Positions 19,885 through 29,621 of a DNA stretch of 64,000 nucleotides are shown piece after piece (within the stretch, counting starts at the first letter, position 1; the number at the start of each line of letters is the position of its first letter). The DNA lies in assembly GCA_963702435.1 (NCBI GenBank), contig CAVPCR010000001.1, positions 1,056,001-1,120,000 of the forward strand, written 5' to 3'. The position numbers and the translations under genes were made by a program. Source of the stretch: Candidatus Eiseniibacteriota bacterium. GTDB taxonomy: Bacteria > Eisenbacteria > RBG-16-71-46 > CAVPCR01. The notes under the pieces are model-generated. The model made no database searches. It saw nothing but the letters and a program-made list of their open reading frames with translations, and was not told where the DNA came from.

Positions 19885-20262
19885 CTATGCCAGGAGCGCC
19901 ATCCGGCGCCCGGCCACAGCCGCCCACGTGCCGAGGACGAAGAGGGCGAGCCCGAGGAGGACGAGGATCACGTTGCACAGGACGCGCACTCCGCGCGCCG
20001 CCGTGAGCTCGAAGAGGATGTTGCGGAGCCCGTAGAGCCCGTGAAAGAGACCCGCTCCGAGGAGGAACACGTAGCTCAGGAGGAAGGCGACGCTCTTCCC
20101 GCGCGCCACCACGTTCGCCCAGTCGATGGGATGCCCGCCGGCCGGGTTCCCGATCCCGAGGATCACGTCGAGATGCATGATCCCCATGTGCAACCCGGCG
20201 AGAACGAGGATCGCGACACCGGCCGCCACGTGCCAGAACCAGAGACCCTGATCGCGCATCAT
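19885..20262 (-). CDS. sdhD: Succinate dehydrogenase hydrophobic anchor subunit
   Basis: Three TM helices, HGLYGLRNILFE heme-ligand motif, operon position. Confidence 0.8.
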   Translation of the reverse strand: MMRDQGLWFWHVAAGVAILVLAGLHMGIMHLDVILGIGNPAGGHPIDWANVVARGKSVAFLLSYVFLLGAGLFHGLYGLRNILFELTAARGVRVLCNVILVLLGLALFVLGTWAAVAGRRMALLA

Positions 20263-20279
20263 CGCTTTGTCCCTCCCGC

Positions 20280-20753
20280 CTAGTGCGGCGTCCCGAGCAC
20301 GAAGATGTCGAGCGCGCCGGCGACCGCCAGCGCCCCGGCCACGAGAAGCGCGCCGATCGCGAGCGGCCGCTGCACATGGAGCGACGTGCGGAACGGGTAG
20401 ATGGGCTCGATCGGCTTACCGACCGCGAACCCGAGCTCGATCATCACGAGCCGGATGCCGTTCACCGCGTGGAAGGCAAAAGCGGCGAAGACCAGGAATT
20501 CGGCGATCGTGAAGACAGGTCCGGTCACCCGCGCCATCGTCTGCTCCCAGGCGCCCCGGCCGAGCGCCCGCGACGAGGTGACGAGGATGTGCATGAGGAA
20601 ATAGAAGACCAGCGCGAGCCCGGTCAATCGGTGCAGGGTGTAGAGGTAGCGGTCCGGACCCCAGCGTGCGCCGCCCACCCAGCCCCAGATCCCGAGCCGG
20701 TTCGGATAGCCCTTGCGCGCGAGCGCGGGGTTGTTTCCATTCGTGGCTTCCAT
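20280..20753 (-). CDS. sdhC: Succinate dehydrogenase cytochrome b subunit
   Basis: LHRLTG, LMHI, FHAVNGIR motifs; three TM helices. Confidence 0.85.
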   Translation of the reverse strand: MEATNGNNPALARKGYPNRLGIWGWVGGARWGPDRYLYTLHRLTGLALVFYFLMHILVTSSRALGRGAWEQTMARVTGPVFTIAEFLVFAAFAFHAVNGIRLVMIELGFAVGKPIEPIYPFRTSLHVQRPLAIGALLVAGALAVAGALDIFVLGTPH

Positions 20754-20768
20754 AGGGATCCCCCTGCG

Positions 20769-22486
20769 TCAGTACTTCCGCTCGACCGGTTTCCACGCCG
20801 TGATCGCCACCGGCTTCGCATCGAGGCGCGGCGCCCCACCACCCGCGTACCAGGCAAGCGTGTGCTTGAGCCAGCGCTCGTCGTCGCGGGTCGAGAAATC
20901 GCGGCGGGCATGGGCGCCCCGCGACTCTTCACGGGCGAGCGCGCCGACCGCCACCACCTCGGCGAGATCGATCATGTTCGCGAGCTCGAGCGCGTGGAAC
21001 AGGTTCGAGTTGTAGACGCGGCTCTTGTCCTTGATCGGAGCGCGGCGCTCGCGCTCGCGGATGGCCCGGATCGCGGCGAGGCCGCGCGCCATGTCCTCCC
21101 CCTTGCGGAAGACCCCGTAGTCGCGATCCATGACCGCACGCAGCTCGCGGCGGAGGACGTAGAGGTCCTCCTCGCCGTCCCGCCCGCGGATCGCCTCGAT
21201 GCGCTCCCGGGCGGCCCGGAGCCCGCGCTCCGGCACCGGCGGCGAGGTGGCGAGCCGCGGGAGCGCGGCAGCGATCTCGGCGCCGGCGATGCCACCCCAG
21301 ACCAGGCACTCGGCGGTCGAGTTCGACCCGAGCCGGTTCGCGCCGTGGAGCGAGACGCAGGCCACCTCGCCCGCCGCCCAGATCCCGGGGACGCGGGTCG
21401 CGCCGCGGATGTCGGTCTCGACGCCGCCCATCGTGTAGTGCGCGACCGGGCGGATCGGGATCGGCTTCTCGATGGGGTCGATGCCGACGAACTTCATCGA
21501 CACCTCGCGGATGAGCGGAAGGCGCGTGTTGATCTTGTCGGCGCCGAGATGGGTGAGATCGAGATTCAGATAGTCGAGCCCGTCCGGTCCCTTGAAACCA
21601 CGGCCTTCGAGGATTTCTGTCATCTCGGCCCGCGAGATGACGTCGCGCGGCGCGAGCTCCATCTTCTCCTTGGCATAGCGTTCCATGAAGCGCTCGCCCT
21701 TCGCGTTCCGGAGATAGCCGCCCTCGCCCCGGCAGCCCTCGGTCATGAGAATGCCGGAAGGCACGAGCCCGGTCGGATGGAATTGCAGGAACTCCATGTC
21801 TTCGAGCGGGAGCCCGGCGCGATAGGCCATGGCGAGGCCGTCGCCGGTCACGGTCTGCGAGTAGGTCGTGAACCCGTAGAGACAGCCACCACCGCCCGCG
21901 GCGAGGAGCAGCGCCTTCGCCTGCAGGGTCGCGAACTCGCCGCTCGGGGCATGGATGCCGGCGAGTCCCGCGAAGCGGCCGTCCTCGATCAGGATGTCGG
22001 TGACGAAGAACTCATCGTAGCGCGTAAGGAGCGATGCTTGACGAGGGTGTCATACAGGGTCTGCATCTCGAAGAAGCCGGTCTTGTCGGCGGCGAGCGTC
22101 GCGCGCGGGTAGGAGTGCCCGCCGAAGGGACGCTGCTCGATGCGACCGTCGGCGTCCCGCGTCCATGGGATGCCCCAGTGATCGAGTTGCAGGATCTCGC
22201 GGGGCGAGACGTGGACGAACTCATCGACGACATCCTGGTCGGCGAGGAAGTCGGATCCCTTGACCGTGTCCCAGGCGTGGAGCTCGAGCGAATCGCCGAG
22301 GTCGGTGCGGAGGACCGCGGCGGTGCCGCCCTCCGCGCACACCGAGTGGGCGCGCATGAGCTGCACCTTGGAGACGATGCCGATGTCGACCTGGCCGCCC
22401 GTGCGGCGTGAAATCTCGACAGCAGCCCTGAGACCCGCGAGACCTGCTCCGAGGATGAGCACGTCATGGGTCAGGTTCTGGACCAT
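20769..22486 (-). pseudogene. sdhA: Succinate dehydrogenase/fumarate reductase flavoprotein, split by a 1-base frameshift near 22026 (possibly an assembly error)
   Basis: N part: LGAGLAG, RAHSVCAEGG, QRPFGG. C part: QFHPTG, TEGCRGEGG, HYTMGG, HGANRLGSNS. Minus strand reads TCC TT ACG CGC TAC GAT GAG TTC; adding one base restores ..S-x-TRYDEFF. Confidence 0.9.
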
Positions 22487-22668
22487 CCCTCCGGTATCTC
22501 CATGGGGATAGGAGAGGGGCAGATTAGCAGAAGCGTGGCGCCGGGGCAACGTGGTCCCGGGAGGCTCCGGCAGCGCGGCACGCGGGCAGCGCGCTGCATC
22601 ACGCCGTCTCGGGTGATGGCCCGATGGAGCTCTCGCTCGCAGTCAACGCTGCGGCCGCACCCGGCCAT

Positions 22669-23050
22669 CGCACCCGCGCGCGTCAAACGCTGTCGGGTTT
22701 TGTGAACTCGCCCCGCCCTGTCCGCGCCTCGCCCGGCACACCTCCTCCCGCGGGCCGACGAACGTCGCCCCACCTGACGACCGCACCTGCTCGCGTCAAA
22801 CGCTGTCGGGTCTTGTGAAATCGCCCCGCCCTGTCCGCACCCCGCCCGGCGCACCTCCTCCCGCGGGCCGACGCTGCCGTCCCACCTGACGACCGCACCC
22901 CCTCGCGTCAAACGCTGTCGGGTTTTGTTAAGTCGCCTCCCGGTCGCCCGACCGCACCCGCTCGCGTCAAACGCTGTCGGGTTTTGTGAAGTCGCCCCGC
23001 CTGGCCGCCAATCCCTCGCCCCGATCGGACGCTGTCGCCCCACCTGACGA
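22669..23050. repeat. Array of a 44-bp conserved core (CGCACCYGCTCGCGTCAAACGCTGTCGGGTTTTGTGAANTCGCC), 4 copies
   Basis: Copies start at 22669, 22782, 22894 and 22953; linkers are 69, 68 and 15 bp, the first two nearly identical. Confidence 0.9.
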
Positions 23051-23161
23051 CGGCGACACCCGGCGGCGGAGATGCGGCCCGGCCAGCCACGCCGCTCGCG
23101 GGGGAGCCCGGTCGCCGTTCCCGCCCGACCGCGGTTTCCACTCACGAGCATGCGCATGCAT

Positions 23162-23189
23162 CCACGGCTCCTCGCTGGAGGAGCCGTGG
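23162..23189. other. Perfect 12-bp inverted repeat with 4-nt loop
   Basis: CCACGGCTCCTC-GCTG-GAGGAGCCGTGG. Confidence 0.7.
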
Positions 23190-23406
23190 CCCGGCACACA
23201 CGTCTTGCACGAACCATGCCGCCGGGTAACGGGAGGGACTCAGATCAAGGAGGTGATCCACGGTCCCCCTCAGAGCGCACGCTTCCACGCACCTACCGGC
23301 GTGCACACGCCGTTGTCACTTTCGACCACTTCGTTAACAGAGAGGAAGTGCCGCGAGATCAAGAGCGTGGCCCGGCACGGCACTCTCCGTGACTGACGGG
23401 CACGCC

Positions 23407-23435
23407 TTGTCACGGCGCGGCGCGAGTTCTAATAT
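23407..23435 (+). promoter_or_regulatory. Putative sigma70 promoter for the serpin, TTGTCA-17-TAATAT
   Basis: Consensus-like hexamers with a 17 bp spacer, ~60 bp upstream of the ATG at 23496. Confidence 0.5.
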
Positions 23436-23495
23436 TGTAGGGATGCTTCGCCCCGGCCAGGCCAGGTCGCCGCGGGGCTCGAAGGGAGATGCACC

Positions 23496-24764
23496 ATGCG
23501 CGCCATCTGCAACACGCCGCCCTGGGCCGCCGCCCTTGTCGCTCTCCTCGGCGGCTCCTATCTCGTTTGCGCCGTGAACACCGGCGACTTCGAGGCCAAC
23601 GATCCCTTCGCCGTGCGGAGGCTCCCGGCCGAAGTGGCCCAAGACGTGCCGCCGGTCGTCGATGCGAACACCAGCTTCGCGCTCGACCTCTACTCCCGGG
23701 TGCGCTTGTCAACGCCGGGAAACCTCTTCCTCTCTCCCTTCAGCATCTCGACCGCACTCAACATGACCGGCGTTGGCGCCGGCGGAAAGACCGCCAAGGA
23801 GATGGCGACCGTCCTCCACACGGGCACGATCGAGAATCTGCACCCGGTGTACGGCGCCCTCGTCGCGAGCCTCGATCGCGGCACCGACCTGGGCGGCTAC
23901 GAGCTGAAGGTCGCCAATTCGCTATGGGCGCAGAAGGATGCCCCGATCCGCAAACCGTTCATCGCAACGCTCAGGGATAACTACAGCGCCGGATTCGACG
24001 AGGTCGACTTCGTGGGCGGCGCGGAAGCGGCGCGCGGCACCATCAATCGCTGGGTGGAGCAAAACACCGCGAACCGCATCCACGATCTCTTCCCGCCAGG
24101 CACGATCACGCGCGACACGCGCCTCGTACTCGCCAACGCGATCTACTTCAAGGGTCTGTGGGCCACGCAATTCAAGCGGGAGCGCACCCGGAACGGCACC
24201 TTCCAGGTGTCGGCCGACCGCATGGTCGAGGTGCCGATGATGAGCGCCGACATCCGGCTGCCCGTTGCCTTCGATCGTGGGGTCTCGGTGCTCGAGATGC
24301 CCTACCGGGGCGAGGATCTCTCGATGGTGATCCTCCTCCCAGAGCAGGCCGACGGGCTCGCCGCACTCGAAGCGAGCCTCACTCCGGAGAGACTCGCGGG
24401 GTGGCTCGGTGCGCTTGCGGAACAGAGGATCGTCGTGACCGTCCCGCGGTTCAGGATGACCTCCGAGTTCGATCTCGCGCGGGTGCTCGGAGACCTCGGC
24501 ATGCCGTCGGCCTTCCGCTGCGGCGAGGCGGACCTCTCGGCGATGACCGCAGCTGACGACTGGTGCCTCGCCACCGTTCGGCACAAGGCATTCGTCGAGG
24601 TGAACGAGGAAGGCACCGAGGCGGCTGCGGCGACCGGGGTCGGGGTCGGCGTGACGAGCATGCCGCCTTCGTTCACCGCCGATCACCCGTTCCTCTTCCT
24701 GATCCGCGACAAGGTGACCGGCTCGCTCCTCTTCCTCGGGCGGGTGGTCGATCCGTCGGTGTAG
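23496..24764 (+). CDS. Secreted serpin (serine protease inhibitor)
   Basis: NLFLSPFSI, LANAIYFKGLW, HKAFVEVNEEGTEAAAAT hinge, FTADHPFLFLIRD..LFLGRV. Confidence 0.95.
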   Translation: MRAICNTPPWAAALVALLGGSYLVCAVNTGDFEANDPFAVRRLPAEVAQDVPPVVDANTSFALDLYSRVRLSTPGNLFLSPFSISTALNMTGVGAGGKTAKEMATVLHTGTIENLHPVYGALVASLDRGTDLGGYELKVANSLWAQKDAPIRKPFIATLRDNYSAGFDEVDFVGGAEAARGTINRWVEQNTANRIHDLFPPGTITRDTRLVLANAIYFKGLWATQFKRERTRNGTFQVSADRMVEVPMMSADIRLPVAFDRGVSVLEMPYRGEDLSMVILLPEQADGLAALEASLTPERLAGWLGALAEQRIVVTVPRFRMTSEFDLARVLGDLGMPSAFRCGEADLSAMTAADDWCLATVRHKAFVEVNEEGTEAAAATGVGVGVTSMPPSFTADHPFLFLIRDKVTGSLLFLGRVVDPSV

Positions 24765-24809
24765 CATCGGACTCTGGGGCCGGCGCCCCATCCCCGCCGC
24801 AGCTTGCGT

Positions 24810-25952
24810 TCATTGCAGCTCCCAGGGACGCGCCCATGCGCTATCCCAGGGGGCCAGCGCCGGTTTGGGCGCGAGCGCCGTGTCGACGAGCCCGAGGGCG
24901 GCGAACAGCGGAAGGATCGATCCCGGCGGGAGCGGCGCGGAGATCAAGTCGAGGTCGGTGAAGGTGAGCTGAAACACCGCCGCGGCCCGGGCTTCATCGA
25001 GCAACAGCACCTGCCGGCGGATCCATCGCGCCTGCTTCGCCGGGGAAGAGATGACGGGACCCACCGAGGCCGAGCTCCAGCCCCCTTCGACCACGAGGGT
25101 GGGCAACGTCGTGCCCCCGGCCACTCGCGCGTAGTAATCGAGCGGTACCTCATCCGGTTCCTCGAACCCGCCCAGGTAGGGGTAGGAGGAGAGGCCGAGG
25201 CACTCCATGAAGGGGAAGTCGGCCAGGTCGGTCGCGATGCCGACATAGGTGCCGCCGCCACCCAGAGCACCCCACGCGGTCTCGACCTGGACGCTCACGT
25301 AGCGCCGGACGGTCAAGTCGGCGGCGCGCACACCCGCAGCCGCATCGTTGGCCGCCTCCTTCACTGCCGCATAGAGCGCCGGCGCGGCGGCGGCGCGGAT
25401 CAGATTGGTCTCGGCCGCCAGCCCGAGGTAGTCGGGGCGAAGAAGCGTATCGATGGCGACGGCGTAGTGGCGATAGAGCTCCCGCACTGCGGGCTCGGTG
25501 AGGCTCCGGCCCGCGGCCACGAGCCCGGGAGCTTCGGCCGCCCGATTGAGCCCGTCCGTCGCATCGAGGGTCACGACGAGCACCAGCCCGTGCGCTCGGT
25601 AGTACTCGGCGAGCGGCAGAGGATCGCGGCGAACGAGCACATCGGCAGGGACTCCGACCAGCAACGAATCCCACTGCGGATTGATGTGGATGATCGCGGC
25701 GTCCGCTCGCTGCATCCAGAGGTCCATGCTCCTCAAGAGCACGTCGAAGTCGGCGCGCGGCGGGATGGCCGAGAAGCCCATGCGGAACGCCCGCGGCAGC
25801 GACGTCGGGTCCGGGCCCCCCACCTGGCTGCCGCAGCCGGAGAGAACACATGCGATCGCGGCCGTCAGGCACAGGGCGGCTCCACGGATCCGCCGCGATC
25901 CAGAGCGACCGGCCCGGTCGCGAAGAACAAGCGTTCGGGACCTCCCTCGCAT
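24810..25952 (-). CDS. Lipoprotein, probable clan GH-A-like glycoside hydrolase TIM barrel
   Basis: VLSGC lipobox; YLGLAAETN, LGLSSYPY and LVVEGGW resemble acid/base and nucleophile strands. Confidence 0.55.
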   Translation of the reverse strand: MRGRSRTLVLRDRAGRSGSRRIRGAALCLTAAIACVLSGCGSQVGGPDPTSLPRAFRMGFSAIPPRADFDVLLRSMDLWMQRADAAIIHINPQWDSLLVGVPADVLVRRDPLPLAEYYRAHGLVLVVTLDATDGLNRAAEAPGLVAAGRSLTEPAVRELYRHYAVAIDTLLRPDYLGLAAETNLIRAAAAPALYAAVKEAANDAAAGVRAADLTVRRYVSVQVETAWGALGGGGTYVGIATDLADFPFMECLGLSSYPYLGGFEEPDEVPLDYYARVAGGTTLPTLVVEGGWSSASVGPVISSPAKQARWIRRQVLLLDEARAAAVFQLTFTDLDLISAPLPPGSILPLFAALGLVDTALAPKPALAPWDSAWARPWELQ

Positions 25953-26032
25953 GCCGGAATGATCGGCCGCCCGCGGGCATTTCGCAAGCAAGGATGGACC
26001 AGGCCCGATGGTGGAATCGTCGCATGTCGGCG

Positions 26033-26237
26033 ATGAACGACCGCGAGTTCCTCCGCCACACCGTGGCCACGCTCGCCTACCGGGCCGCCAAGGTGCTCCG
26101 GGATGCGCCACCCGCGCTGGCCGCCTTCCAGCCCGGGCCGACCTCCCGGTCGGCGATCGAGGTACCGGGCCGACATCCGGGCCGGTCGCGTCGAGGCCGA
26201 GCAGACACCACCTGAGCCGCGCTTCGAGTTCGACTGA
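26033..26237 (+). pseudogene. Internally deleted remnant of a conserved DinB/YfiT-like hypothetical gene
   Basis: N-terminus MNDREFLRHTVATLAYRAAKVLRDAP..SRSAIE is joined out of frame at ~26162 to a C-terminus YRADIRAGRVEAEQTPPEPRFEFD*; the middle appears missing. Family assignment is from memory. Confidence 0.6.
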
Positions 26238-26286
26238 CGGCGGATGGAGCTGCCGCTCACGCCTCGCGCGCTCTCGCCTCGCGCGC

Positions 26287-26348
26287 CCACGCACGCCGGC
26301 CCACGCACGCCGGCCCACGCACGCCGGCTCACGCACGCCGGCTCACGC
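26287..26348. repeat. 14-bp tandem repeat (YCACGCACGCCGGC), ~4.5 copies
   Basis: Directly visible just past the tex stop codon. Confidence 0.85.
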
Positions 26349-26356
26349 GCACCCGC

Positions 26357-28552
26357 TCAGGCGTCCTTGATGCTCAGGCTGATCCGGCGGCGATCGAGAT
26401 CGACCTCCAGGACGCGCACCTTGACCACCTGGCCGACGTGCAGCACGTCGGCCGGGTCGCGGACGAAGCGCGCGGCGATACGGCTCACGTGCACGAGGCC
26501 GTCCTGATGGACGCCGATGTCGACGAAGGCGCCGAAGGTCGTGATGTTCGTCACCGTGCCGTTCAGGATCAGGTCGGGGTGCAGGTCCTCGATCCTGTGC
26601 ACCCCCTCCTGGTACTCGACCGCCGCGAACTCCGCGCGCGGGTCGCGCCCCGGCTTCTCCAGCTCGCGGGCGATGTCGGTCAAGGTCAGGAGCCCGATCG
26701 TGTCGTCCGCGTAGCGGGAGAGGTCGATCGTGCCGACCGCCGCGCGATCGCCGACGAGCTCCGCGAGCGGCCGGCCGAGGTCGCCCGCGATCCGCTCGAC
26801 GAGGGCGTAGCGCTCCGGGTGCACGGCCGAATCGTCGAGCGGATGCCCGCCCTTGATGCGGAGGAATCCCGCGGCCTGCTCGAACGTCTTCTTCCCGAGG
26901 CCCGGGACCAGGAGCAACTGGGCGCGGCTCCGGAAGCACCCGTTCGCATCGCGCCAGGCGGCGATCTCCCTGGCGAGCTTCGCCGTGAGCCCGGACACGT
27001 AGCCGAGGAGTGAAGGGGATGCCGTTGCGAGATCCACCCCCACCTGGTTCACGCACGAGACGACCACATCGTTGAGCTTCTGCTTGAGGAGCCTCTGGTC
27101 CACGTCGTGCTGGTACTGCCCGACCCCGATCGACTTCGGGTCGATCTTGACCAGCTCGGCCAGGGAATCTTGAAATCGGCGGCCGATCGAGGCCGCCCCG
27201 CGCACCGTGACATCGTGATCGGGGAACTCTTCCCGCCCCACCTCGGAGGCGGAGTAGACCGAAGCGCCCGCCTCGCTCACGAGGACGGCGACGGCCTCGC
27301 GCTGCCGCTCACCGAGATAGGCGCGCAGGACGTCGAAGGTCTCGCGCCCGCCCGTTCCGTTGCCCACCGCCACCGCGGCGATATCGGGAAAGCGTGCAAA
27401 CCAGCGGTCGAGGGCCGCTCTAGTCCCCTTCACGTCGCGCTGCGGCTCGGTCGGATAGACGACGCCGTGATCGAGGAGCTGTCCCGTCGCACCGAGGACC
27501 GCCACCTTGCAGCCGGTCCGATGTCCCGGGTCGACCGCGAGCACCGGACGGCCGCCGAAGGGAGGCGCCATGAGGAGATCGCGCACGCTCCGCGCGAAGA
27601 CATCGATCGCCTCGCGATCCGCCCGCGTCTTGAGCTCCGCGATCACCTCCGCCTCGATCTGCGCCGAAAGCAGGCGATCGTAGGCGTCCTCGACCGCAGC
27701 GCGCATCTCGTCGTTCCAGATCGAGCCGTGCGGGGCGAGGACCATCCGGCAGAGGGCGGCCCTCGCCTCCTCCGGATCCGGCTGGATGCGGAACGTGAGA
27801 AAGCCCTCCTTTTGACCGCGAAGGATGGCGAGGATGCGATGGGACGGGATCTTCGCCACCGCATCCTGGTAGTCGTAGTAGTCGCTGAACTTGCTCTTCG
27901 TGTCCGCCTTCCCGCGGGCGGCCCTGGCGCGGACCAGGCCCTGGCGCGAGGTCAGGTCGCGGATGCGCGCGCGGTAAGCGGCCGTTTCGGTCACGCGCTC
28001 GGCGACGATGTCGCGCGCTCCCGCGAGCGCCTCCTCCACCGTCGCCACACCCTTCTCCGGGTCGACGAAGGCCCGGGCGAGCTCCGCGGGAGCGCCGGTC
28101 CGGTCCTTCTGCGCGAGCATGCGCTCGGCCAGCGGCTCGAGCCCCTTCTCGCGGGCGATCGTCGCGCGCGTCCGCCGCTTCGGGCGGTAGGGAAGATAGA
28201 GATCTTCCAGTTCCGCGCGGGTCGCCGCCCGCTCGATCGCCGCCCGGAGCTCCGGAGTCAGCGCCCCCTGACCTGCGATCGTCTCGAGGATGGTCCGCTT
28301 GCGCTCGAGAAGCTCGCGGTGGAACTCGAGCCGCTCCTGCGTGCGGACGATGACCGTGTCCTCCGCGCCACCCGTGGCCTCCTTCCGGTAGCGCGCGATG
28401 AAGGGGACGGTGCACCCCTCGTCGAGGAGACGGATGACGGCCGCAACGGAGGCGGGCGGAAGCTCCACCTCGCGCGCGATCCGGGAGACGAGCTCGGCAG
28501 CAAGTGCAGAGGCGGCGGCCGGGGGGACGGCAGCGGCGGCGGGCGACGGCAT
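26357..28552 (-). CDS. tex: Tex-family RNA-binding transcription accessory protein (S1 domain)
   Basis: TVPFIARYRKEATG, EDLYLPYRPKRRTRA, VSEAGASVYSAS, IGVGQYQHDV, C-terminal S1 domain FGAFVDIGVHQDGLVH. Confidence 0.95.
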   Translation of the reverse strand: MPSPAAAAVPPAAASALAAELVSRIAREVELPPASVAAVIRLLDEGCTVPFIARYRKEATGGAEDTVIVRTQERLEFHRELLERKRTILETIAGQGALTPELRAAIERAATRAELEDLYLPYRPKRRTRATIAREKGLEPLAERMLAQKDRTGAPAELARAFVDPEKGVATVEEALAGARDIVAERVTETAAYRARIRDLTSRQGLVRARAARGKADTKSKFSDYYDYQDAVAKIPSHRILAILRGQKEGFLTFRIQPDPEEARAALCRMVLAPHGSIWNDEMRAAVEDAYDRLLSAQIEAEVIAELKTRADREAIDVFARSVRDLLMAPPFGGRPVLAVDPGHRTGCKVAVLGATGQLLDHGVVYPTEPQRDVKGTRAALDRWFARFPDIAAVAVGNGTGGRETFDVLRAYLGERQREAVAVLVSEAGASVYSASEVGREEFPDHDVTVRGAASIGRRFQDSLAELVKIDPKSIGVGQYQHDVDQRLLKQKLNDVVVSCVNQVGVDLATASPSLLGYVSGLTAKLAREIAAWRDANGCFRSRAQLLLVPGLGKKTFEQAAGFLRIKGGHPLDDSAVHPERYALVERIAGDLGRPLAELVGDRAAVGTIDLSRYADDTIGLLTLTDIARELEKPGRDPRAEFAAVEYQEGVHRIEDLHPDLILNGTVTNITTFGAFVDIGVHQDGLVHVSRIAARFVRDPADVLHVGQVVKVRVLEVDLDRRRISLSIKDA

Positions 28553-28578
28553 CGGCGACACTCTCCACCCTCATGGAA

Positions 28579-28601
28579 AGGACCCGGGAAACCCGGGTCC
28601 T
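28579..28601. other. Perfect 10-bp hairpin just upstream of tex
   Basis: AGGACCCGGG-AAA-CCCGGGTCCT. Confidence 0.55.
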
Positions 28602-28778
28602 CGGCAGCTCTCTTCCTGAGCGGCGACCTCCCGTCCGCGGGAGGCGGATGGCCGAAATCGTAACACGATCCCGGCACGTCAGCGTGTAAGGTCTGCGCGC
28701 GCGCGGTACCATTGACCAGTGGACGGGGCCACCCATCAGCCCCGAGAAGCCCCCGCAAGGCGGAAGGGGACCTCGAGC

Positions 28779-29621
28779 ATGAACCCTTGCCGGCGGTTGG
28801 TCGTCATCGGTCTGGCCTTCCTGGCTGCGTCCGGCGCTCAGTCGCCAGCCGCTGCCGCTCATGGCGCTCAGTCGGCCGTCGCTGTTGCACAGAACGCTCC
28901 GCCAGCCGCCGCTGCCGCTCAGAGCGCTCCGCCGGATAGCGCAGCAGCGCCTGCTCCGGAGTGGCAGTTCGAGTTCACGCCCTACCTGTGGCTCATCGGG
29001 CTCGACGGCAGCGTATCGATCGGCTCGCGGGAAGAGGAGTTTTCCGTCAGCTTCTCCGACCTCTTCGCGGCGCTGGAGCTCGGCTTGATGGGGGCGTTCG
29101 AGGCCCGCCGGGGACGGTGGGGATTGATCGCAGACGGGATGTACTTCGATCTCGGCCCGGCTGCGCCGAACACCGGCCCGGCCGGCGGGACGCTCGCAGT
29201 CGAGATCGTGGAGCAGCTCTACATGGCGGGCGGCCTCGTGCGGGTCCTGGATCGCTCCGGGGCCACCGTGGATCTGATCGTGGGAGCGCGCTACGTCAAC
29301 CTCGCAGTCGAGCTCGCCGCCCGTGGGGGCCTCTTGGACGGCGTGTCGCGGTCGGGCCGGCAGGAGTGGGTGGACGCAGTTGTCGGCGGACGCGGTAACT
29401 ACCCCTTCACGCGGCGCTGGAGCGCGATCGTCAACCTCGAGGTGGGCACCGGCGGCTCCGACTTCACCTGGCATGCGCTGGCAGGTGCGGACTTCAAAGT
29501 GACGAAGTCACTCATCGCTCGCGGGGGGTACCGCTACCTGTCCATTGACAGCGGGTCGGGCAGCGTCGACTTCGACCTGGGAATGGGCGGCTTCGTCCTC
29601 GGGTTGGGGATCCCATTCTGA
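28779..29621 (+). CDS. Outer-membrane beta-barrel protein of unknown function
   Basis: Signal peptide, Ala/Pro linker, WQFEFTPYLW, WVDAVVGGR, GYRYLSID, amphipathic strands, terminal Phe. Confidence 0.75.
   Translation: MNPCRRLVVIGLAFLAASGAQSPAAAAHGAQSAVAVAQNAPPAAAAAQSAPPDSAAAPAPEWQFEFTPYLWLIGLDGSVSIGSREEEFSVSFSDLFAALELGLMGAFEARRGRWGLIADGMYFDLGPAAPNTGPAGGTLAVEIVEQLYMAGGLVRVLDRSGATVDLIVGARYVNLAVELAARGGLLDGVSRSGRQEWVDAVVGGRGNYPFTRRWSAIVNLEVGTGGSDFTWHALAGADFKVTKSLIARGGYRYLSIDSGSGSVDFDLGMGGFVLGLGIPF

Noticed and set aside
22669..23050. CRISPR array
   Set aside because: Linkers resemble one another and are irregular in length (69/68/15 bp), and no cas genes are in the window.
23192..23209. Sigma54 promoter (GGCAC...TTGCA)
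   Set aside because: GG-to-GC spacing is 2 bp too long for a -24/-12 element.
23247..23260. 16S rRNA gene fragment
   Set aside because: Only 14 nt match the 16S 3' end; flanking sequence shows no rRNA similarity.
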